A program made the position numbers and the translations under genes. DNA of 38,870 bases from a virus (Duplodnaviria; Caudoviricetes). The notes beneath the pieces were generated by a model, which worked only from the letters and a program-made list of their open reading frames with translations, had not been told where the DNA came from and did not search any database. Positions 9,101-15,469 of this stretch are shown piece by piece. Where the stretch lies: IMG/VR virus record IMGVR_UViG_3300038530_001857, positions 1 to 38,870 of that record; one strand, written 5' to 3'. Within the stretch, counting starts at the first letter, position 1, and each line of letters opens with the position of its first letter.

Positions 9101-9729
9101 TCCTCTTTTTCAGACTGAACCTTCCGTGGACCGCCCGTCCCGGAACCTTCGCCCGCAGCACGACTCTCAACAACCGTGGGCCGTGGATCACCGTCCGCAC
9201 GTTGACTGCGCATGATCGACGGTCCACCGGCGGGTTGTAACTGGGGCGGGAAAAAGCCATCGTCGTTCAACCGGCGCACGTAACTTGCAATCCCCGCCCG
9301 CAACTCAGGAAGCAGCGTTGCACCCTTGGCGTACAAGACACCAGGGGCCAAGAGACGACCAGCCATCTCAGGACGAAGCTCACCTTCTTCATCCAAGAAG
9401 TCATCGGACAACTCGACGCCGGCCTTCGCTGCAAGGCCCACGGCACCGAACTCTTTTTGAAAATCGTCCACAGCCTGACGGAAAGTGGGGTCATTTGCAT
9501 ACTGCACAGACATCGGTCCACCGCCAAGCTGCGCTATCATAGGCGTCAAATCACCCACTAGCCCCGGAATACCAAAGACTTCTTCTTTTACTAAACCACC
9601 AGCCATCTCTGACAGGCGCGCACCGGTGCCCTCGGACGCTTCTGCAAGGTTCTCCAGCCGGCGTCTCAGGCCAGTGGTGAACTCATCACGAAGATCTTGA
9701 GGGGTTTTGTCGATGTCGCGTTTAGCCAT
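6145..9729 (-). CDS. Large multidomain protein, probable packaged/internal virion protein
   Basis: 1194 aa between terL and portal, coupled to the terL stop (TGATG). Motif blocks YSPLRAAL, HDYFG..GHVRFS..LVVEEIQTD; C-terminal YKKGGPV. Confidence 0.7.
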   Translation of the reverse strand: MAKRDIDKTPQDLRDEFTTGLRRRLENLAEASEGTGARLSEMAGGLVKEEVFGIPGLVGDLTPMIAQLGGGPMSVQYANDPTFRQAVDDFQKEFGAVGLAAKAGVELSDDFLDEEGELRPEMAGRLLAPGVLYAKGATLLPELRAGIASYVRRLNDDGFFPPQLQPAGGPSIMRSQRADGDPRPTVVESRAAGEGSGTGGPRKVQSEKEDMFVSPDNEGVVPTVKDTSDTGTSAFSESGVYSPLRAALENIEIPKGGITAAKLLEKLRGQPRAGTELRSLGIEGYLKSLGSKKISPDEFRDVIGVLSPRYKIKTVFDEQGMTYNGVSVAAEPTGYGTMQRLGNSSENQQNYGVMLFADDSAQIDGTFIDPPSHDYFGSQLPGFFGHVRFSIQEILDPKTGDPVRALVVEEIQTDTVKAFNRKDQIEKANPIPSIDDLIQAQHADPEGTQRLAVENRNDRIKRALSGKAEYGPMQRMQEVILNADPNYKTLNKMLEDTRAVAQSEQTLNSNAMQSIDAFFNNSGSHKGVSMDNDIRQDQFVFLLENGLHKARSKDEAEAMLRALPNESLPLSEGNYGPTQGLLNADEIRENKIRTLVNFWDQSNNTAQGRFRAYKPDTPAQQALLQRILSGKSDIDQKMEDYRADALAFSAINSARLKHLHRAAARYSEKFENELLEMRANPPSTPGDRPDNLYDQVTPLYLTPDLDRGSVSLFGAKQAQDSIEVRDGVRYRKSIRHTDLDEVVAAIGETDNFDSKTLFPGLVDTKDEILIDLNALAELHPALRREVAKKKSFFNPGSLNRELINQLASSKTFDEAQQRTFKRSLLFELDAAQKRAPSFETLRKNINKVLTDEGIGPAFIQKLGLEELPTASYVDRQNRQRNAVPEVSRALLNDDMDSLSDALARAFQDGQQFSGASRARDMAARPPYMNQNDFMQFATRVLPGEAKKLGADMVIIPPKEEFMAARSSEVGNARQVAQFGVVLEAEDTARRAAQILRKRAAKAKKDDAAPAEFKSQQEVDDFLDEAGVIGVLRTEIAQSVQRQGIAGDFEELAKAIEKTIKDGGIKKIVAPNVNFKDERKLRGHFQNYGRNLDAALSKLNKSGLKVEEATEIKFANPNSSGADTLGKYASREVVTGTGFGFQPSLPPFRYIDLRDPGTAEVAKKVPSAYKKGGPVDLRPKKLVHSGIGGMARQVM

Positions 9730-11207
9730 CAGTAGTACTCGCGTTTCCTGCCAGGGAGCATGTCCTCTAGCTCCTCACCCTGCAAACTGATAAAACCACC
9801 CTGACGGAAGCGCATCAAGGCCATAGTCATACTATCACAGAAATCATCATGGTCGCCATTTGGAAACGAGGCTATCTCCTCAATCACCTCCTCCGCGAAC
9901 TTCTGCGCGGCAGGATACCAAACTTTTCCTGATTCAAATATCGGAGAGGCCATATGCATGCGTGTGGTCTTGTCCAAACCACCCCCACCCCTCTTTCGAC
10001 CGGGGGCAAAGGTGATTACAGGGAGGTTCAGTAACCTCATCTCGTCCGCCAAGGGCTGACCAGTCGCCTTGGCCTCGATAAGCATCATATCTGGCTCCCA
10101 ATACTCGTTTTCTTCCTGCGCGATCTCCTTTAACTCGGGGAAGTTCCACCGACCACGCTTCGCATCCAGCAAAATCAGGTGCTGATCGCCGTTTCCATGC
10201 GGCTCAAACACGCCCCACGTCGTGATAGCAGAAAAGTCAGCCGTTTCTTTCTTACTGTACGCCGTATCGTAAGACTGAATGATGTAATCTAGCTTCGGGA
10301 TCTCTTCTTCCTCCCACTGGTTCCACCATTCACGCTTGATGACAGCCGTTTCTTCGGATGTGGGGTTCTGCTGCCACTGTGCGTTCCACTTTCCTAACGA
10401 AAGTGAAGCCTTAACCTTCAGAAGTTCCTCTTTTTTCCAAAATTCAGGCCAAAGTGGGCCTCCAGACGGCATGATTGCAGGGAATTCTACCACCTCCCAC
10501 TGATCAGCCATTATGTCAGCCGCCTGAGCCGTCAGTAACCGGCCCGTCAAGTCCTTTTTCGACCACCTTGTCTGGACAATAATAATGGAACCACCCGGTT
10601 GAAGACGCTGACGCGGGCCAGATGTGTACCATTCGTACGTATTATCGTAGGCAGACGTTGATAATGCGTCCTGCTCCGAGTGTGGATCGTCAATAATCAG
10701 CAAATCTGCACCACGACCGGTCATTGCAGCGCCCACCCCCGCTGCAAAATATTCCCCGCCCGCGCCAGTCTCCCACCGACCGGCTGCTTGGCTGTCCTGT
10801 TTGAGGTCCGTATTGGGAAAGATCTCCCGATATACCGGGTCGGCGATCAGATCTCGGACCTTTCGTCCAAATCTTACAGCAAGTTCGGTGTTCATTGTAG
10901 CCTGGATGATCTTGAGCTTTGGATTCCGGCCCAAAAACCAGCTAGGCATGAGATACGAAGCAAACTCTGACTTCGAATGTCGCGGCGGCATGTTCACAAT
11001 CAGCCGCTTCAACTCGCCAGAAGCGATCCGCTCCAACTTTTCAGCAATGATTTTGTGGTGACGCCCAACGATGAAGCCTTCGTATACGTGCTGGACGTAT
11101 GCCATGAAGTCTTCTTGGGCCACTTCGCGTGTTTCAAGGCGCCGCCTCTGTTCTTCTAGAAGCAGGACTTCCTGTAACACCTCTTTGGGGAGAGCATCAA
11201 GGTTCAT
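9729..11207 (-). CDS. terL: Terminase large subunit
   Basis: 492 aa with Walker A-like VNMPPRHSKSE, Walker B LLIIDDP, coupling motif QTRW, and RNase H-like nuclease motifs SYDTA and HDDFCDSMTMAL. Confidence 0.95.
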   Translation of the reverse strand: MNLDALPKEVLQEVLLLEEQRRRLETREVAQEDFMAYVQHVYEGFIVGRHHKIIAEKLERIASGELKRLIVNMPPRHSKSEFASYLMPSWFLGRNPKLKIIQATMNTELAVRFGRKVRDLIADPVYREIFPNTDLKQDSQAAGRWETGAGGEYFAAGVGAAMTGRGADLLIIDDPHSEQDALSTSAYDNTYEWYTSGPRQRLQPGGSIIIVQTRWSKKDLTGRLLTAQAADIMADQWEVVEFPAIMPSGGPLWPEFWKKEELLKVKASLSLGKWNAQWQQNPTSEETAVIKREWWNQWEEEEIPKLDYIIQSYDTAYSKKETADFSAITTWGVFEPHGNGDQHLILLDAKRGRWNFPELKEIAQEENEYWEPDMMLIEAKATGQPLADEMRLLNLPVITFAPGRKRGGGGLDKTTRMHMASPIFESGKVWYPAAQKFAEEVIEEIASFPNGDHDDFCDSMTMALMRFRQGGFISLQGEELEDMLPGRKREYY

Positions 11208-11349
11208 GCCCGAACGATATTATAGTCAAACGAATTTATCAAACTCTGTACTACACAGACTATACCGCACTACACCCCGTCAGATGTGGGGGGAGGGGGT
11301 CATAGAACAAAAGCTAATCTGCCAAACAGTCCCAGTAACCCCGGAGGTT

Positions 11350-11376
11350 CGAGGAACGTGTTGCACCCCACCCCTC
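11350..11376 (-). repeat. Copy 1 (partial) of the conserved hairpin repeat
   Basis: CGAGGAACGTGTTGCACCCCACCCCTC matches the core of the 60-bp repeats at 12137 and 12839. Confidence 0.8.
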
Positions 11377-11442
11377 TATATGCCCGCCCAATTACGCGCG
11401 CAGTCAAAGGCGCAGTCAACAAATCTTTTTACTTTTTTAGGC

Positions 11443-11471
11443 TTCACACGAGCTGGGATATTTGCTAGCTT
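11443..11471 (+). promoter_or_regulatory. Sigma70-like early promoter with GCTGGGAT in the spacer
   Basis: TTCACA-17 bp-TAGCTT, AT-rich upstream, followed by an AAGGAGG RBS. Confidence 0.55.
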
Positions 11472-11501
11472 AAAAATAACCATATGTAAGGAGGATGAAT
11501 T

Positions 11502-11624
11502 ATGAAGAAAGTAAAACCCAATCTGGATTGTGAGAATTGCTGGCTGATCGTCAACGAGTTCGATGGCGACTATGCCTGTGACGAGTGCGTCGAAGACGCG
11601 AAGGAAGAGGAGAACGACGAATGA
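11502..11624 (+). CDS. 40-aa acidic zinc-finger miniprotein
   Basis: Read manually: MKKVKPNLDCENCWLIVNEFDGDYACDECVEDAKEEENDE. Strong RBS, two CxxC, ATGA overlap with the next gene. Confidence 0.7.
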   Translation: MKKVKPNLDCENCWLIVNEFDGDYACDECVEDAKEEENDE

Positions 11625-11893
11625 AATATCTAGATCTCATCGCCAAGGCTCTTGGCGTCACAATCACCAAGACCAGTTCATGGGGGTACTCGGGCTACAA
11701 CATCAGCGGCATTGGTGTCGCTGATGTGTTCGTCGGCTCCCTCGATGAGGTGGCTGAACGATTAGCCAAGGTGATCGAGCATCGGCAGCAGCACCTCGAG
11801 AGGCTGAAGCAGCAAGACAAAAAGACCGCCGTCGTGCTCGAAGAGGCGGTCGAGATAACCAATCGGCTGCTTGGCAAGGGAGCAACATCATGA
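11621..11893 (+). CDS. Hypothetical early protein
   Basis: MKYLDLIAKALGV...; GAGGAG RBS; start reassigned to ATG 11621. Confidence 0.7.
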   Translation: MKYLDLIAKALGVTITKTSSWGYSGYNISGIGVADVFVGSLDEVAERLAKVIEHRQQHLERLKQQDKKTAVVLEEAVEITNRLLGKGATS

Positions 11894-12072
11894 CTGATAG
11901 AAGCAGAATCCGCGTCGTCCAGAACAAGGACGGCTCGCTGACGGCTTACGTCCCTGCGCGCTGGGGCGGTCTGTTCACCGACATGCTGCGCGCTGGGCAG
12001 ACAGATATCTACGAGTCAGATCCAGAAAGGCTCGACGACTGGGAAGACTGGATCGTCGAGGCTCGGCGCTAA
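11890..12072 (+). CDS. Hypothetical early protein
   Basis: 60 aa, ATGA-coupled, GGGAG RBS, followed by a terminator. Confidence 0.7.
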   Translation: MTDRSRIRVVQNKDGSLTAYVPARWGGLFTDMLRAGQTDIYESDPERLDDWEDWIVEARR

Positions 12073-12079
12073 CCAAGAG

Positions 12080-12110
12080 GAGGCGGCTTCGGTCGCCTCT
12101 TCCTTATTTA
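12080..12110 (+). terminator. Intrinsic terminator
   Basis: GAGGCGGC-TTCG-GTCGCCTC stem with a UUCG tetraloop, then a T-rich tract. Confidence 0.7.
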
Positions 12111-12136
12111 TTGATGATTATCTTTTTTATTCAGAG

Positions 12137-12196
12137 CGCAGAGCGCAAGGCCCAAGGGATCGAGGAACGTGTTGCTCCCACCCTCCCCCCCAGCGT
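12137..12196. repeat. 60-bp direct repeat, copy 2
   Basis: CGCAGAGCGCAAGGCCCAAGGGATCGAGGAACGTGTTGCTCCCACCCTCCCCCCCAGCGT; 57/60 identical to 12839-12898. Confidence 0.95.
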
Positions 12197-12252
12197 CGCG
12201 CGCGTTGGGGCGGTGTCAAGAAATTTATTTTATTTTTTTGTTAAAAAAATTC

Positions 12253-12303
12253 TTGGTCTGGTCGCTTATATCGGCTAGTCTCGGAGTATGGGAATTATCC
12301 CAT
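12253..12303 (+). promoter_or_regulatory. Early promoter plus palindromic operator
   Basis: TTGGTC-17 bp-TAGTCT, then the inverted repeat ATGGGA-ATTA-TCCCAT (12288-12303) over the expected start site. Confidence 0.55.
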
Positions 12304-12334
12304 TGTCGAAGCCATCAACTAGAGGAGAATCAAA

Positions 12335-12727
12335 ATGATGGGTAATGATATCGAAAAGTTAAAGCTGGCACAGGAAGGACTGCTTGTTCTTTATAAGTAT
12401 GTGAGCAGTGGCAATCTTGAGGCGCTCAGTGCGCTGAATACTGTGTCCGCCTATATCAGCGAACGCCATACCGAAATTGTCGAAGGCGTGAAGGTGATTC
12501 ACCCGCGTCAGGGTATGAATAAGGTGTCCGAGGCAAAGGTCGTGAAGGCTATCGATCTGCTGTCTAAGGAGTGGCTGTCTTACCAGCAACTTGCCAACCG
12601 TGTGAAGTTGAGCAAGAGTAGCGTAGCTACCGCGTTGATGCCTGCCGTGCGGAAACGCGCCGTTGTCACCCGTCAGCGGATGGGTAAGATGGCTAAGACG
12701 AAGTATCGTGTAACAAGCATCGGATAG
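12335..12727 (+). CDS. Putative HTH DNA-binding protein
   Basis: 130 aa, GAGGAG RBS; C-terminal LSYQQLANRVKLSKSSVATALM resembles a winged HTH. Confidence 0.6.
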   Translation: MMGNDIEKLKLAQEGLLVLYKYVSSGNLEALSALNTVSAYISERHTEIVEGVKVIHPRQGMNKVSEAKVVKAIDLLSKEWLSYQQLANRVKLSKSSVATALMPAVRKRAVVTRQRMGKMAKTKYRVTSIG

Positions 12728-12744
12728 GTCGCCGTCGATGGCTC

Positions 12745-12795
12745 GGCCCGCGCTGGAACGGCGATCTGTTCCTCCACAGCGCGGGCCATTTTTTT
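12745..12795 (+). terminator. Intrinsic terminator
   Basis: GGCCCGCGCTG...CAGCGCGGGCC stem followed by T7. Confidence 0.7.
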
Positions 12796-12838
12796 CCAGG
12801 TTTTTTTTTAGCCCGCGCAATGCTCGAAGTGCGCAGGC

Positions 12839-12898
12839 CGCAGAGCGCAAGGCCCAAGGGTACGAGGAGCGTGTTGCTCCCACCCTCCCCCCCAGCGT
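12839..12898. repeat. 60-bp direct repeat, copy 3
   Basis: 57/60 identical to 12137-12196. Confidence 0.95.
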
Positions 12899-13072
12899 AC
12901 GGCGGAGGTCGCAAATGCCAAGACTGGTTCTGAAAAAAGTTTTCATTAAAATAGTTTTTGGGCATCCCGCCCACCCGCGCGTTGCGCGCGGTAACCGCGT
13001 TTTTTCAAAATTGAATAACGCTAGAAATGCGTCAGGCGTCCTGTGCCTGATGCACCATGTGGAGTATTGAAC

Positions 13073-13333
13073 ATGACCAAATATTTCAACGAACGTGGCT
13101 ACAATACATGTGAACACCGCGATGAGAACGGCAACAAAGAATATACATGGTACGAGCGCGATGCGCGGGGCTACATGCTCGGCGGTCGCATGTGCATGAA
13201 TTGCGCCGAGGAAGTCATGGCGGACAATCGCAAGCGATACCGCGAAGATGTGTTCACAGATTCAAACTACTGGCATGATGAGGATCTAGAGCCAGAGGCC
13301 GGTGTCGGTCGCGATGAGTTCAGTGGATACTAG
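13073..13333 (+). CDS. Hypothetical Cys-containing acidic protein
   Basis: MTKYFNERGYNTCEH...CMNC...; GGAG RBS before ATG 13073. Confidence 0.7.
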   Translation: MTKYFNERGYNTCEHRDENGNKEYTWYERDARGYMLGGRMCMNCAEEVMADNRKRYREDVFTDSNYWHDEDLEPEAGVGRDEFSGY

Positions 13334-13346
13334 GAGGACTAACGAA

Positions 13347-13478
13347 ATGGACGAAGACGAATACCCAGCGTGGTATCAAGACGATAGTCACGAAGGCTTT
13401 CAACAATGGGACGAAGAAGACGAAGCAATCTGGCGCGACGAAGATCGCGTGTCAGATGCTCGAGAACGATTTCAATAG
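13347..13478 (+). CDS. 43-aa highly acidic, Trp-rich miniprotein
   Basis: Read manually: MDEDEYPAWYQDDSHEGFQQWDEEDEAIWRDEDRVSDARERFQ. AGGAGG RBS, followed by a terminator. Confidence 0.7.
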   Translation: MDEDEYPAWYQDDSHEGFQQWDEEDEAIWRDEDRVSDARERFQ

Positions 13479-13481
13479 GAG

Positions 13482-13513
13482 AACTCCGGGCCATCGAGGC
13501 CCGGAGTTTTTTT
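13482..13513 (+). terminator. Intrinsic terminator
   Basis: AACTCCGGGCC-ATCGA-GGCCCGGAGTT followed by a T run. Confidence 0.8.
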
Positions 13514-13753
13514 GTGCCCGGATCCGTGGGACAGCCAAGGCGCGCAAGCCGCAGAGCGCAAGGCCCGCCGGGGGATCATGGCCCGCGAAACACGGTTTTT
13601 TTGACAGCGACGGCGCGCAGGCAAGGCCCGCAAATGAAAATAGAACGGCCTGACACGGTACACGGTGCAAGAAAAACCGAAACGGAATCCCGCAAAACTC
13701 CAATAAATCCGAGCAAATAGCAGCGAATCCCATTTCTGGAAATTGGTTTTTTA

Positions 13754-13782
13754 TTGTGCGGGCTGGGATTATTTGCAATACT
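13754..13782 (+). promoter_or_regulatory. Early promoter with GCTGGGAT in the spacer
   Basis: TTGTGC-17 bp-AATACT upstream of a GAGGA RBS. Confidence 0.5.
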
Positions 13783-13816
13783 GTTTTAACAACCCATAAA
13801 CGAGGAATCTAAAGAT

Positions 13817-14482
13817 ATGGAAATGGCAACCCGATACAAGAAAAGCCGTCGCGCGATGGCCGATTATTCATTCAAGGCGCTAAAGCCGGTCACCAATAAG
13901 AAGCTATTGAAAGAGGTTATGAAAGGCCGGTTTAAAGGTTACCGCGTCCACACTCTGACGCTGGAAGAACGCGCAACCTGTCCCGCGACATGCCACCATC
14001 TGGCGACATGTTACGGCAATAACATGCCGTTTGCACATCGGCTAGAACATGGGCCGGAGTTAATCGCCAAAATAGACAGCGAATTGAAAGCACGGCATGA
14101 CAAGCTGACGTTGGTCCGTCTGCATGTTCTGGGTGATTTTTGGTCAGTCGAGTATGTTGAACAGTGGGGCCGCTGGCTTGATGATCATCCGAATCTAGCG
14201 GCATGGGGATACACGCACAATTGGCCCGACAGCATCGTCCCGCTAGAACGCGAAATCGGCCAAGCTATTGAGCGCGTGAAAGCGCGGCATCCTGACAGAT
14301 TCCGCATTCGCTGGTCTGATCGCCCCGATCTGCCCGACAGCGCGAACAGCGAAGAATTAGCGCAACCTGTAAAAGGTGAAAGCCTGATCTGTCCGGAACA
14401 GGAAGGCCGGACGGGCGGTTGCGGGGATTGCGTTCTGTGCTGGGAACAGCCGAGTCGAAACATCATTTTCAAAACCCATTAA
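13817..14482 (+). CDS. GP88-like Cys-cluster protein
   Basis: TCPATCHHLATCY, VRLHVLGDF, WGYTH and C-terminal CPEQ..CGDCVLCW: the pattern of the phage gene-product-88 family. Confidence 0.7.
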   Translation: MEMATRYKKSRRAMADYSFKALKPVTNKKLLKEVMKGRFKGYRVHTLTLEERATCPATCHHLATCYGNNMPFAHRLEHGPELIAKIDSELKARHDKLTLVRLHVLGDFWSVEYVEQWGRWLDDHPNLAAWGYTHNWPDSIVPLEREIGQAIERVKARHPDRFRIRWSDRPDLPDSANSEELAQPVKGESLICPEQEGRTGGCGDCVLCWEQPSRNIIFKTH

Positions 14483-14918
14483 GAGGCGGCGGCGTCCCAT
14501 TCGGGCGCCGTCCTTTTGGTATGTCCAAAGTTTCGAGAGCCGCAGATCGCAAGGCCGCAGGGATGTCGGCAAGCGCAGACGCGCAGACAGGTTCCGGCCA
14601 TTTGTCGCGCGGCTCACAGATCGCAAGGCAGTCCGCAGACCGATACAGGAGCGCAATCTTTGCCCCCTCTTCACGCAACAGAAAGAACGATGCCCCGCCG
14701 CATCTGTTGTGCGACAGGTGCCAAGCGATTTGCGACTCGGCAATCCGGACACGGTTCTTCTTTATGACCTTGAGTTCAAGCCAGCACGGCACACCATCCA
14801 TGACCAGATACACATCTGGCATGCCAGTGCCTGTGCGGTTTTCAATTCTGTTCCAGTGGGATTTCTTCGGCAGGTATTGCTTGAACGACTTCCAGAGATT
14901 TTGTTCCGGCTGGGGCAT
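14469..14918 (-). CDS. PD-(D/E)XK nuclease (VRR-NUC/Holliday junction resolvase-like)
   Basis: E...W..RIEN..GMPDV..WLELK..SQIAWH..GG motif set. Confidence 0.8.
   Translation of the reverse strand: MPQPEQNLWKSFKQYLPKKSHWNRIENRTGTGMPDVYLVMDGVPCWLELKVIKKNRVRIAESQIAWHLSHNRCGGASFFLLREEGAKIALLYRSADCLAICEPRDKWPEPVCASALADIPAALRSAALETLDIPKGRRPNGTPPPLNGF
14488..14517 (+). terminator. Intrinsic terminator
   Basis: GCGGCGTCC-loop-GGGCGCCGT then CCTTTT, right after the GP88-like stop. Confidence 0.55.
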
Positions 14919-15399
14919 GTTCGATCACTTCACCTTCGATAAAGGCCGCAGGGTGGCTTTTCCGAATCTCGGCAAGCCGCGCGACGATCTCCTCGCGGGA
15001 CAGTTTGTCAAGCTGGTGGGTGTGGTTCTGTTCGCGCCTGTCGATGGTCAGGCCACCAAGCGCAGACCTGATCTTCTCGGCGTTGATCGCCGCAGAGAAT
15101 TGGCCCGACTCTTCGGCCCCGCGCGACAGTTCATCAAGCCGCTTCAACTGACCGAGGAGGGTGACGCCGTACCGGCGCTCCTTTTCTTCTCGCAGTTCTT
15201 TGACCAGTTCGACAACATGTGGATAGTCGCGGCCATTCAGAAACAGGCTGGCAGTCTTCGCCGCCTGTCCCTCGGCATAACCAGCCTTTCGGGCACACTC
15301 GGCATTCGAGTACAAGCCCTCGACAATATATCGGGCAAACTCGCGCTGGCGGTTAGTCAAACCAGCGGGACGCCCAGCAGATCGTTTGGTCTCTTCCAT
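14842..15399 (-). CDS. terS: Terminase small subunit
   Basis: LTNRQREFARYIV..SNAECARKAGYA..A..L N-terminal HTH typical of phage TerS, then SAAINAE oligomerisation helices. Confidence 0.8.
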   Translation of the reverse strand: MEETKRSAGRPAGLTNRQREFARYIVEGLYSNAECARKAGYAEGQAAKTASLFLNGRDYPHVVELVKELREEKERRYGVTLLGQLKRLDELSRGAEESGQFSAAINAEKIRSALGGLTIDRREQNHTHQLDKLSREEIVARLAEIRKSHPAAFIEGEVIEHAPAGTKSLEVVQAIPAEEIPLEQN

Positions 15400-15469
15400 G
15401 CCCCCAGTATAGTTTCTGTCATAATTTTTAAAAGACTATTTCCAAAAATATGGCTGGAAGGTCAGACTC

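Noticed and set aside
12137-13566. Repeats considered as a CRISPR array
   Set aside because: Copies are ~700 bp apart and separated by whole genes; no regular 25-45 bp spacers and no cas genes.
12693-13778. Overlapping ORFs across the repeat spacers (12693-12974, 12738-13070, 13406-13720, 13452-13778, 13456-13653)
   Set aside because: They translate terminators, homopolymer tracts and repeats, lack RBSs, and share peptide text only because of the DNA repeat.
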